Shown in pieces: positions 8,871-18,257 of a DNA stretch of 64,000 bases (positions are counted from its first letter, which is position 1; each line of letters opens with the position of its first letter). The stretch is taken from contig JAWCCZ010000002.1 in the NCBI GenBank assembly GCA_038861545.1, positions 96,001 to 160,000 on the forward strand, written 5' to 3'. This stretch comes from Thermofilaceae archaeon (GTDB lineage Archaea > Thermoproteota > Thermoprotei > Thermofilales > Thermofilaceae). A program made the translations under genes and the position numbers. Below the pieces are notes generated by a model. It was given only the letters and a program-made list of their open reading frames with translations. It ran no database searches and was not told where the DNA came from.

Positions 8871-10153
8871 CGCACGGCGGCACCTTTGTACATAAGCTCC
8901 TCGAGCGTGCCCCCGCACGCTCTTTGCAAGCTCCACCCCTCCTCCTCTGTCAGCCTTCTGATGTACACGAACTCCCTGCCGTAGTACCGCTCAGATGGAA
9001 CCTGTTTTACCACGTCACCCGGAATGAAGACCTCAAGCCAGGATATAGCTAAGGGGTCAAATATCGCTAAGAGGCCCTCCTTGTTGAACTCGTTCATGGG
9101 TTTGTAGGTCCGTGGGTCAAGCAGGAAAACCTCCTGTAGCGGGTGGGGGATTTTATGCATGACACCATACTTGTCGAGGAGTGCTGTAAGCGTTTCAGTC
9201 ATACCCAGCACGTCCATGAAGGGGACCGGTACCTCATTGCCAGTAGCCGCGTCTTCCGCCCTGAAAACCTTCCTCGCCTCTTTAACGATAACATCGTACT
9301 CCGGGATTTGGAAGCCCTTAGCGCCGCCACCTGTTACTACAACGCCACCTCTCCCCAAATTGATGGGCGGAGCTCCTGTGAGGAGTTTATACAGCGTTTT
9401 TTTGAGCAAGTTTAAACTTCCAAACTGTTCAGCGACGAGGTGAACGCCGGCTGGAGCCGAGAAGAAAAGTTTCGGCTCATCCCTGCTTTTAACGAACTCC
9501 AGTATCCTCTTCCTGTTAGGGACCAACCTTTTCCACGTTGGACCTCCACTGGAGTCCTGGACAAAATCCATGCCGTAAAGCAGTTTTATACCTTTGTACT
9601 GGAGTGCAAGGTCTACGAATGCTACGAAGTTTAGTTGGTTTCTCAGCTCCTCGGCTGCTAGGAAGAGGGCTAAGCCCTCCTTCGGCTTAAGAACGTTGCC
9701 GTAAACGTACTCAAAGAGGTTCGCATTAGCTACGGTCATCGCTACAAGCTCTAACGGGCTTCTGTACACTTTAACGGGATCTTTTCCGCTAGTACCGCTT
9801 GAACGGAACGTAAAACCCTCCTCGTCCCTGCCGGGTAAAAGGAACTTTGTGAGGCCTTCGCCTCTCAGCATATCTGAGGGCACGGCCAGTTTAGCTAGAT
9901 CTTCGAGCTCGGCTGCTTTAGGGTCAACGCCCTGCGTTTCGAGAAGCTTCTCATAAAACTCGCTGTTCCTGATAAAAAACTCCAATCCGCTCCTCAGGAG
10001 ATCCCTCCTAAGCTTTGAAAGGTAATCAGGCGATTTTTCGAAAAGGCCTCTATCTTGAGCCAGTTCTACTAGCTTTTTCACGTGGGGGTCGTTTAAAAAC
10101 TTGCTTTCCTGAGATCTCTGAGCTAATACCTCAAATGAGGGAAGTTTCTCCAT
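8867..10153 (-). CDS. LuxE-like acyl-protein synthetase
   Basis: FRSSGTSG loop, TGGGAKG, DVLGMTE, LLDPRT, EGLLAIFDP, C-terminal RAC (LuxE RGC acylation Cys). Confidence 0.8.
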   Translation of the reverse strand: MEKLPSFEVLAQRSQESKFLNDPHVKKLVELAQDRGLFEKSPDYLSKLRRDLLRSGLEFFIRNSEFYEKLLETQGVDPKAAELEDLAKLAVPSDMLRGEGLTKFLLPGRDEEGFTFRSSGTSGKDPVKVYRSPLELVAMTVANANLFEYVYGNVLKPKEGLALFLAAEELRNQLNFVAFVDLALQYKGIKLLYGMDFVQDSSGGPTWKRLVPNRKRILEFVKSRDEPKLFFSAPAGVHLVAEQFGSLNLLKKTLYKLLTGAPPINLGRGGVVVTGGGAKGFQIPEYDVIVKEARKVFRAEDAATGNEVPVPFMDVLGMTETLTALLDKYGVMHKIPHPLQEVFLLDPRTYKPMNEFNKEGLLAIFDPLAISWLEVFIPGDVVKQVPSERYYGREFVYIRRLTEEEGWSLQRACGGTLEELMYKGAAVR

Positions 10154-10955
10154 AATGTTCGGGCTTTACTCTTTGGTTAAATAAATTTCGTTTTTTGAGA
10201 ATCTTCTTGCTCTAAAGCGGAGGTAAAGGTCCTACTTTTTCAAGCTGAAGATAGCCATCCGCTTTTCAATGCAAGAGCTCAAGGCCAGCTACTTCAAGTT
10301 TCTATGTCGAAGCCCATGTGAAAAGTATTAGTGACGGGTAAGCACCCAATTCCCCCTGGTGAAAAACGCCGAACATGAAGATAATGCATCTCAAAGTGCG
10401 CATTGTATAGCTTAAATCAGAGACTAGATCTCGACAAATAATTAGTTTTACACCTCCTGAAATCCTCGGAGACTCCGATGAGCAGGAAAAGTAGAGCCGC
10501 TGCCGGGCAAGAGTTTGCAAGCATGAAGGCACTAGCGGTGTACCCCTGTTTTCCCTCGGTTTTACCGATCCCTAAGCCTTCGCCCATAGACCGGCTCAGC
10601 CCGAAGGACTTCAGCAATACATTCCGAGACCTTCTTGCTTGCTTTACCCCCACCCGGCAAAAATTATATTAAAACAGAGGGTAAAAGTACCTTGTGTTTC
10701 GTATCGAAAGTTTCGGATAAGTTAAGTATTTTCGGTACAATCGCTTGTATATCGTAATTTTCTTTATTTTTATAAAGGGTATTGGAGCGCTCAAGCTGAC
10801 GGCAGCCGATATCGCAAGTCCATACCGGGCTCTCAACCTTTAACTTTAACGCGAGATTATCTAGTGATAATGCACCTGTAGCATTAGAGCAATTCTATGC
10901 ATATAATATCTAGATAGTATGGCTAGATTTTTAAGCTAGCTCTTAATCTATACCT

Positions 10956-11198
10956 GTGGCTAAAATCCAAGTCAACCTGAAATTGGAGCAGAAGCTCGTA
11001 GAGGAGGTGGAGAAACTGGTTAGTGAGGGCTATTTTCCGTCAAAAACTGAGGCTTTCACTCAAGCTCTCAAGATGCTTGTCAGAAAGTACAAGGTTGATG
11101 AGATGAAAAGGAAGTTTGATAAAATAAGAGAAGGCACTGAGTCTTTGCCAAGCGTCTCGTTAGCTGTCATTGATTCCCACGAGGAAGAAGATGTTTAG
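10956..11198 (+). CDS. vapB: Ribbon-helix-helix (CopG-like) antitoxin
   Basis: IQVNLKL...VEKLVSEGYFPSKTEA..QAL RHH pattern; directly upstream of and overlapping a PIN gene. Confidence 0.8.
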   Translation: MAKIQVNLKLEQKLVEEVEKLVSEGYFPSKTEAFTQALKMLVRKYKVDEMKRKFDKIREGTESLPSVSLAVIDSHEEEDV

Positions 11199-11649
11199 TG
11201 AGTTAATTTTGGACGCCAGTGTGCTTGTGAAGTGGTTTAAGAGAGGAGAGGATTACGAGGAAGAAGCTTTACAGCTATTTGATGATGTGTTAGCCGGTAG
11301 AATAGCAGTGGCTTGCTCTGAGTGGGCTCTCCTCGAGATTTTCCGGGGCCTTCGAAAAGCTGGGTTTCCCTCAGCGAAAATAAGTGAAAGTCATGACGTG
11401 TTAAAGGAGCTTGTAGAACTGGATTATCTAGAGCTTGTTCCAGTTTCCGAGGTTTTAGACCATGCTAGAAAACTTATTATTAATTTAAACCTTTACGCTT
11501 CCGATGCTGTACACCTTGCAACCGCGTTAAAACGTGAGAGAAACCTCGTTAGCGAGGACAGGCATCTCTTACGCAGCGATGTGATTCAATATGCGCAGGA
11601 GCACAGGGTTAAGGTTTTTCGACTCATAGATATAAAGACAATGGATTGA
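11191..11649 (+). CDS. vapC: PIN-domain toxin VapC
   Basis: ILDASVLVKW, E of ALLE, YASDAVHLATA, LVSED; ATG 11191 overlaps the antitoxin stop. Confidence 0.9.
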   Translation: MFSELILDASVLVKWFKRGEDYEEEALQLFDDVLAGRIAVACSEWALLEIFRGLRKAGFPSAKISESHDVLKELVELDYLELVPVSEVLDHARKLIINLNLYASDAVHLATALKRERNLVSEDRHLLRSDVIQYAQEHRVKVFRLIDIKTMD

Positions 11650-11801
11650 AAGGCTCTAATAGTTCTTACTACAAGGTAACTGCAGATGTTTAGCCTTCTC
11701 AGCTTTTATAACCGGCTTTCCAACTCAATGTACAGTTAATGATCCCGCTTAACGCCGAGTCAAAGCTTATTTAGCAGGCCGCTAATGTTTGCCGAGTTTA
11801 T

Positions 11802-12725
11802 ATGAAGACAGCAGTTGTTAGATCCTATGGTTTGATAGCAGCCGTGGTAACTCCGATGAACGGGAAGTTTGAAATACAATACGAAGAGTTCGAGAAATAT
11901 ATTAAATGGGTCGTGTCGCAGGGAGTGGCTGGAGTGGCGGTAGGAGTTGATACAGGAGAAAGCCAGTTGCTGTACAGGGAAGAGAAACTGGAGCTAGTCC
12001 GTGCTGCGAAGAAAGCGGTAGGCAGCAGCGCGGTTATAGTAGCCGGGTTACAAGTCCACAACACCCTCGAAGCTATAAAGATGGCTGGAGACCTCAGGGG
12101 TGCTGGAGCCGACGCGCTGCTCGTATTCCCACACCCAGCGTTCATTGGAGAGCCCAACGACGATGTAATATATGAGTACCATAAAGCTGTTAACGACGCC
12201 GTCGATATTCCTCTCATTGCATTCAACTTGCAACCAGCGCTCGGCGGTGTAGAGTATAAGCCGGGTGTTCTCAGAAGACTTTCAGGGCTGGAGAACGTGG
12301 CAGCGATAAAGGAAGCATCCTTTGACGCTAGGAAGTTCCTCGACATGGTGCTGGCTGTCGAAAAGCTACCGAGGAAAATTCAAGTGCTCACGGGGAATGA
12401 CAACTTTGTTTACGAGTCGCTCGTCATGGGGGCTGAGGGTGGATTGTTGGGTTTCGGTACAATAGCTGTGAAAGAGCAGGTTGAGATGTTTAACCTGGTT
12501 GAGAAAGAGCGGTATAGAGAAGCTAGGGAGATATGGATGCAGTTGCGGCCGCTGATGGAGGTGGTTTTCGCGCCGCCTGTCCGAAACTACAGGGCTCGCT
12601 TGAAGGAGGCGTTGTGCATGATGGGGATTCTCGAAGCAGCGCATGTACGGCCACCGCTTCTCCCGGTAAGCTCCAGAGAACGTGAGGATCTGAAGCGAGT
12701 GCTCAAGGAGTTGAAAATGGTGTAG
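11802..12725 (+). CDS. DapA/NAL-family Schiff-base lyase, non-canonical
   Basis: VTP, GVDTGE, GADALLVFP, IKEAS (Schiff-base Lys), LTGND, VRPPL. Confidence 0.85.
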   Translation: MKTAVVRSYGLIAAVVTPMNGKFEIQYEEFEKYIKWVVSQGVAGVAVGVDTGESQLLYREEKLELVRAAKKAVGSSAVIVAGLQVHNTLEAIKMAGDLRGAGADALLVFPHPAFIGEPNDDVIYEYHKAVNDAVDIPLIAFNLQPALGGVEYKPGVLRRLSGLENVAAIKEASFDARKFLDMVLAVEKLPRKIQVLTGNDNFVYESLVMGAEGGLLGFGTIAVKEQVEMFNLVEKERYREAREIWMQLRPLMEVVFAPPVRNYRARLKEALCMMGILEAAHVRPPLLPVSSREREDLKRVLKELKMV

Positions 12726-12747
12726 AAAGGGTCGAGCAGGGGGTTCT

Positions 12748-13953
12748 ATGCTGTCCGCTCAGCTGGATCTTTCCGTAACTGTATTTGGCCGCACAATCCC
12801 CAATCCCCTTATCGTGGCTTCAGGCCCCAACGCTAGGAATGACAACGATATAGTAAGGTGCCTCAGCCGAGGGGCAGCCGGTGTAGTGACTAAGACGATA
12901 ACCTTCGATAGGATGCAGCAGGTGCAACCCAAACCGCGGATGCATATTCTTCTCAAGGACGCGTTCGTAAGCGGAGGCTTTTACTCCTTCTACTCAATAG
13001 ACCTCATGTCCGAGTACCCACCCGAGCAGTGGACCACGATGCTGCGGAGAGCTAGGCTAGAAGCCGAGAAGAAAAAGCTAGAAGGCCTAATTATAGCCAG
13101 TATCGCGGGGAGAAACTATGGGGAGTGGGAACAGCTTACGGAGCTGGTTGCTAGCGCCGAGGTAGATGCAATAGAGACAAACCTTTCATGCCCGCACATC
13201 GAACCGGGCAAGGTGCTTATGGGGAGGGCTGCTGCTACCGATCCGGAGTTGATCAAGGGTATCTTAAGGGTGGTGAAGGACGCGGCGAAAAGCATTCCCG
13301 TTATTGGGAAGATAACTCCTCACGGAGCCAATCCGATTATCATAGCGAAAGCCATGAAGGAGGGGGGTGCGGACGCCGTAGTTTCAACGGCAAGATACCA
13401 GGGATTAATCATAGACGTTGAAACGCTGCAACCCATTGCGTGGGGTGGCTATGGCGGCTACGGTGGGCCTTGGCAATTACCTGTAAGCCTCGCTTGGACG
13501 TCGCAGGTAGCTAGAGAGAACCTTGGAATCCCCATCATAGGCTCAGGGGGTATTTCGAGTGGAGAGGATATAGTCAGGTTCATACTCGTCGGAGCGCACG
13601 CGGTTCAAGCTTGCACGAGCATTCTCCTGCACGGTCCTTCGATTATTGGAAGATTGCTGAACGAGCTGAGGGCTTGGATGGTGAGAAAGGGTTTTACTAG
13701 CTTGAACGAGTTCAGAGGCTTAATGCTGCAGAGGATAAAGAGCTTGGAGCAACTCAACAGAGAGAAAGTATTCCGGGTCGAAGTAAGCACCAACTGCAAG
13801 GCCTGTATGAGATGCGTGGAGGCGTGCCCTTACAAGGCGTTAAAAGCCGAGGGGAAAGCTATTACAGTTGACTGGGAGTGCTGCGATAACTGTGGTCTCT
13901 GCGAGTCAATATGTCCATTCGACGCCATTAAGCTAGCTCCTAGAGGCTGGTAA
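12748..13953 (+). CDS. Dihydropyrimidine/dihydroorotate dehydrogenase-like FMN enzyme with C-terminal 2x[4Fe-4S] domain (PreA-like)
   Basis: NPLIVASGP, VTKT, ETNLSCPH, GKITP, IIGSGGI, VQACT; CKACMRCVEACP and CDNCGLCESICP. Confidence 0.85.
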   Translation: MLSAQLDLSVTVFGRTIPNPLIVASGPNARNDNDIVRCLSRGAAGVVTKTITFDRMQQVQPKPRMHILLKDAFVSGGFYSFYSIDLMSEYPPEQWTTMLRRARLEAEKKKLEGLIIASIAGRNYGEWEQLTELVASAEVDAIETNLSCPHIEPGKVLMGRAAATDPELIKGILRVVKDAAKSIPVIGKITPHGANPIIIAKAMKEGGADAVVSTARYQGLIIDVETLQPIAWGGYGGYGGPWQLPVSLAWTSQVARENLGIPIIGSGGISSGEDIVRFILVGAHAVQACTSILLHGPSIIGRLLNELRAWMVRKGFTSLNEFRGLMLQRIKSLEQLNREKVFRVEVSTNCKACMRCVEACPYKALKAEGKAITVDWECCDNCGLCESICPFDAIKLAPRGW

Positions 13954-14056
13954 GCTAGCTTAAAGCTCAATTAGGATGAATCAGGAAGAATGTAAAACCG
14001 CAGCCCTTTCCCGAACAATTGTTAAATAGGTACTAGCAGCTTCAATCTCCTTCCAG

Positions 14057-14079
14057 GTAACGTTTCCGGAAACCGTTAC
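14057..14079. repeat. Near-perfect palindrome between convergent genes
   Basis: GTAACGTTTCCGGAAACCGTTAC: perfect except for a one-base bulge. Confidence 0.4.
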
Positions 14080-14306
14080 TTTTTCCCAAACAGGCTAGAC
14101 TGGAGCTCTTCCCAACCTCAAGCACCTACGCTTCCATACTCTGAGCGCTTGCGTGAGAGATTAGTCCTAAGCGAGTTGACGACGAGCATAGTCAAAGCTT
14201 GCTGCCAGCATTTTGAGTAACTCTCACTCTCGCTACACCAATAAATTATAAAAAAAATATTATGTACACATAATATTATAATGGTTACTTTCCGCCTTTC
14301 TCGCTG

Positions 14307-15287
14307 TTACAGCCATTTTTGGTACTGGGGTCTGGATCCATGAGCTGTCTTCTGTGGCTGTGATGTTGCACCACTGTGCAGGAGCTTATAAGCTGTCAGA
14401 TGCCTTTCAATGTATTGCTGGAAGCTTTCAAAGCCAAGCTCTTTCTGCAGGTCTTCGGTTTTCACATTCTCCACCAAAGGCTCTACGATAAAGAGGGACT
14501 CATCCCCGTATGATTGAACTTTAACTTTGTCGCTGTACCTGCTTGCGATGATGTCCGGTATACTGTAGTTGAAATCGTAGTGGCATACGACGTAGTCTGT
14601 GTTAAGGTCATAATGAATTACATTCACCCAGTAGTCCGTTTGAGCTAGGATGCGTCCGCAGGGGTCTATAATTACTGACTTGTCGGTGCGAACCGATGTA
14701 ACAATATAGTATTTATTGATGCAGGCATAGGCTTGGAGAGGGAAGCCTCCATTGTATGCGGAGACCCAGAACAAGATCTTCACTCCTTTACGACCCAGCT
14801 CGAACCATCCCTCCGGGAAACAGATGTCGAAGCATATCTGGATCCCTACTCGACCTATATCGAGATCGAAGACCGGGTACTCTCTGCCCGATGTTACTCC
14901 ATTCTCGAAGACCGTGTAATCATGCGAGCTAGTTACTGGATGTACTTTGTCGTAGATGCCTACGACCTCTCCATCTCTGCCGATAATAACCGTGGAGTTC
15001 CATACTTTACCCTCCCGCTTAGTTAGCAACGGGCATATGATGTAACAGTTCCCATCGATAGCCTTCCTGGATAAAATTTTAACCGTCGGCCCGTCAAGCT
15101 CCTCTGCAACTTCTTCAGCGTGCTTGTATCTGATGCCGGCTACTGTGAAGGCCTCCGGGAGGCAAACTAAATCTGGTTTCAGCTTCAAACACTGATCGAC
15201 AAGCTTTAGCGCATATCTTCGGTTTTCCTCAATTGTGCCGAAAAACCGGGAAGCAAGGCAGGTGGTAGCTACTCGAGCCCTACCCAT
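14307..15287 (-). CDS. Carbon-nitrogen hydrolase (nitrilase superfamily)
   Basis: Glu-Lys-Cys triad: LPEAF, YDKVH, ICFDICFPE. Confidence 0.9.
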   Translation of the reverse strand: MGRARVATTCLASRFFGTIEENRRYALKLVDQCLKLKPDLVCLPEAFTVAGIRYKHAEEVAEELDGPTVKILSRKAIDGNCYIICPLLTKREGKVWNSTVIIGRDGEVVGIYDKVHPVTSSHDYTVFENGVTSGREYPVFDLDIGRVGIQICFDICFPEGWFELGRKGVKILFWVSAYNGGFPLQAYACINKYYIVTSVRTDKSVIIDPCGRILAQTDYWVNVIHYDLNTDYVVCHYDFNYSIPDIIASRYSDKVKVQSYGDESLFIVEPLVENVKTEDLQKELGFESFQQYIERHLTAYKLLHSGATSQPQKTAHGSRPQYQKWL

Positions 15288-15608
15288 TCAATGCACCATT
15301 ATTTTGATGTGATGCATGCAATTATGGATTGTGGAGTCTAAGCTCTGTAACACATTCTCTCGTATCCAATGATGTTCAAAGTGTTCTACGCTAGCAGTAG
15401 ATAAATAGCCCCTATACCAAAACCATATTGTTAGTTAAAAAGAATATTACTGAGCGCGCGAGGTTTTTATCATCGCTCAGATATTGTAAACGATTATAGG
15501 GTAGCGAGAAGAGCTGAAACTCATACATGAAAATTATGGGTACAATATATTAAACGTAGAGGAGGACAGTATATTCTAGAAAAGCTGGAGCAAACATTCA
15601 GTTTTAAG

Positions 15609-17522
15609 CTAACCTCTAGAGTTGAGGGCTTGAAATCTCCGAGTAAACCTCCTTAAAAATAACGCTGCCAAGGTTGCACTAATTCCAGCAGCCAAGCCGA
15701 GGAATATGTTCCGCGCGCTCCAATTACCTCCCTCTGCTGGCTCCGCCGGTTCGTAGTGTGGATACACCTCCAACTTAATGCTGCTCTCCTCAAGTACTGG
15801 CTTGCCTGTAGTTGACCACGACTCCATTTGAACCTTGACAGGAGTACCTGTAGCAGTAACTGATAGCTTAACGCTCTCCCCGGGTCCAATGTATGGCAAA
15901 TACACTAAATACGAAGTATTATTAAGAGAAACCTGGTAAGCGTAGAAAACGCTCGGCTCTACTATAACGTTTACTGTTGCGTTGACCACCGTTAGCCTGG
16001 TGATTACAGCTGGCTCTTCACCACTATTCTCAACAATAATAGTTGCCGTGTTACCCTCCCCTAAAAGTCGGACTCGAACTTGAAACGTCACCCCCGCTAG
16101 TGGCTGCCAACTCTTATAGCGGGCTACATACTCTTTCGTTAAATCAAGATATTGAAAGCCATGCTCTCTACTCGGCTCGATCTCTGTACCCTCATGCCAC
16201 TCATTCCATGTACAAATAATTATGATGTCAGGCTCGCTGGCGAGTGCGGCTTCCCATGTCTTCCTATAGTAGGCGCCAGCTTCCCTCGATACGTAAGCAC
16301 CAGGTTCACGAATCTTTCTATCATCATAGCCTGGGTTAACAGTAGCGATCCAAAGTTTTCTCAAGCTTTCAGCAGTACCTAGGTCAACATACGACTTGAC
16401 AAGTCTTGATTGTTTCAGATAGGTGCTTATGTGATCCTGAATCCAAATCGGGTTATAGGTGTGTAGACCGTTGAAGACAGTTAAATAAGTTATATCGAAT
16501 ATATCAGCGATATAAAGAGCCTTTATTCCCGTAGCTTTCTCTACACTCTTCAAGATATGGTTCCAGAAGTCTGGAGTTCTACTATATGCTTCGACTGCAT
16601 ATATGAAAATAACAGGCCTTCCCTCGATCTTGAGAAAGACTGGATGTTCAGCGTATTTCCTTAACACATATGAGAGTTCATCTATGATCTGCTCAGCCGT
16701 TAGCTCCCTCGCCGATTCATAATATATTGTCATATTAAAGTGCTCCTCAGCTGCAACGTCTAACATCCGAGCAAAAGCCTCGTCCTCAAACGTTCTTATA
16801 CCCCACCACGAAATAACGAAGCCGTCGATTCCCACCGCTTTTGCCATTTTTATGTGTGAGCGCACAACTCTGGGATCCCATGAATCATAAGGCCCTAAAA
16901 GCGGGTAATCAGTTGAAGATCCTATGCCGGTATATGAGATTCCTCTCCAGTGAAACCATCTACCTGATGCTCCTTGCGGAGTGCCATACCACGGGTAATA
17001 GAACGCGAGAACCAGTCTCGGTACAGCTAGCTCCCTTACCTTGGAAGCCTCAGTAAGTGTTACCCTGGGTAGATGCGAACTTCTTGGATTAAAGCCGCTG
17101 CTACCCGGGACTACACCTGTATTAGTGAACTCCCATACCGTTTTCTCCACGCCTGGGACAAGAACTCGCACAATAGTGTATCCAATGTCGCCTTTCACCA
17201 CTGTTACGTTAACTGTAGCGTCCGTGAACATAAGCCAACCCTTAACTCTCATTCGGACTAGTGTAGCATCATACTGTTTTTTGTTAATGGAGATACTGCC
17301 GCCAGTGGCTGAAACCTTAAGGTCGGGGACGGTTAATCCTTCAATAAGCGAGAAATTATAAGCTGTGAAACCGGTGATAGTTACAGTTGTCCAGTCAGAG
17401 TTTGTCTCGACTTCAACGATGAGGTAATACACAACGTACTCCTGTGCACAAGTGAAGCCACTTACAAACAGTGTAAACAGGATGGCGACTATTACCATTA
17501 AGGTTAAGGTGCCTTGCCTCAT
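15609..17522 (-). CDS. Cell-surface GH99-family glycoside hydrolase (endo-alpha-mannosidase/mannanase-like)
   Basis: Signal peptide; AFYYPWYG, YPLLGPYDS, SWWG, PGYDD, WNEWHEGTEIEP; C-terminal TM plus basic tail. Confidence 0.85.
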   Translation of the reverse strand: MRQGTLTLMVIVAILFTLFVSGFTCAQEYVVYYLIVEVETNSDWTTVTITGFTAYNFSLIEGLTVPDLKVSATGGSISINKKQYDATLVRMRVKGWLMFTDATVNVTVVKGDIGYTIVRVLVPGVEKTVWEFTNTGVVPGSSGFNPRSSHLPRVTLTEASKVRELAVPRLVLAFYYPWYGTPQGASGRWFHWRGISYTGIGSSTDYPLLGPYDSWDPRVVRSHIKMAKAVGIDGFVISWWGIRTFEDEAFARMLDVAAEEHFNMTIYYESARELTAEQIIDELSYVLRKYAEHPVFLKIEGRPVIFIYAVEAYSRTPDFWNHILKSVEKATGIKALYIADIFDITYLTVFNGLHTYNPIWIQDHISTYLKQSRLVKSYVDLGTAESLRKLWIATVNPGYDDRKIREPGAYVSREAGAYYRKTWEAALASEPDIIIICTWNEWHEGTEIEPSREHGFQYLDLTKEYVARYKSWQPLAGVTFQVRVRLLGEGNTATIIVENSGEEPAVITRLTVVNATVNVIVEPSVFYAYQVSLNNTSYLVYLPYIGPGESVKLSVTATGTPVKVQMESWSTTGKPVLEESSIKLEVYPHYEPAEPAEGGNWSARNIFLGLAAGISATLAALFLRRFTRRFQALNSRG

Positions 17523-17657
17523 CCTAAGGATATCAATAGTCTACAATAAAAAATTCTTAACGTAATGTTCCTTGATAGATGTTAAAGCCTAATGACTACT
17601 GAATAAATGTTGAGGGAAGCATCACCTGTCGATTGTAAATAAAATGCTTCACACTGC

Positions 17658-17688
17658 GTTTCTAGTAACACTCTTAATTACTAGAAAC
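17658..17688. promoter_or_regulatory. 11-bp perfect inverted repeat between the divergent GH99 and GH123-like genes
   Basis: GTTTCTAGTAA-N9-TTACTAGAAAC. Confidence 0.45.
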
Positions 17689-18257
17689 ATGGAGGTTTAA
17701 CGCTGAGCCATCGGTGAAGGAAAAGACTATTTTATTCTAAATTATTGCAGAGAAGATTAGAAAGAACAGTATCTCAAACAGAAGTTTACTGTAAGATACG
17801 AGTACCGTAACAACTTCTACAACAAATAATACCATCGCATGGAAATGCCTAAACTGATAGGGGCACTGAACAAAACTATGGAGTGAGTTCAACTGTATTT
17901 ACGCTCATGCGTAAATACCGGGTTGAGGAGAATTTTCTCCACTACAGGCATCATTCTACTAGCGTAAGTTGTTTGAGTCAAGTCGCTATGACTCTAAAGT
18001 ATATTATTGTACATGATTTCTACTATGCTGCGAACAACGACCCCGAAAATATTAGTTAGGAGCTTCTCTAAATCCAAACCTTAAGGTTTAGTTTTAATGC
18101 ATTTAGCTAAAGCACTTATATATGCGAAGTTTGAAGAAACTGTAAAAGACATAATTTGACCTTACCTTTTTCATGAACAACCTTCTCATTAGTTAAATTG
18201 GAACCTTTTATCATAATATTTTTTATTTTCATAGTATATTTTTAAGTATGAGGCACC

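Noticed and set aside
6436-10153. Bioluminescence operon
   Set aside because: No luxA/luxB, luxG or true luxD in the window; luciferase needs O2, while the gene content (Fe-S enzymes, hydrogenase maturation) suggests an anaerobe
10302-10672. Three overlapping short ORFs
   Set aside because: No motif and mutually overlapping; at most a decayed remnant
12748-15287. Complete reductive pyrimidine degradation pathway
   Set aside because: No PreT or dihydropyrimidinase in the window, the C-N hydrolase is on the opposite strand, and the PreA-like substrate residues look altered
17658-17688. Xer/dif recombination site
   Set aside because: The arms are 11 bp but the spacer is 9 bp rather than 6, and no recombinase is nearby
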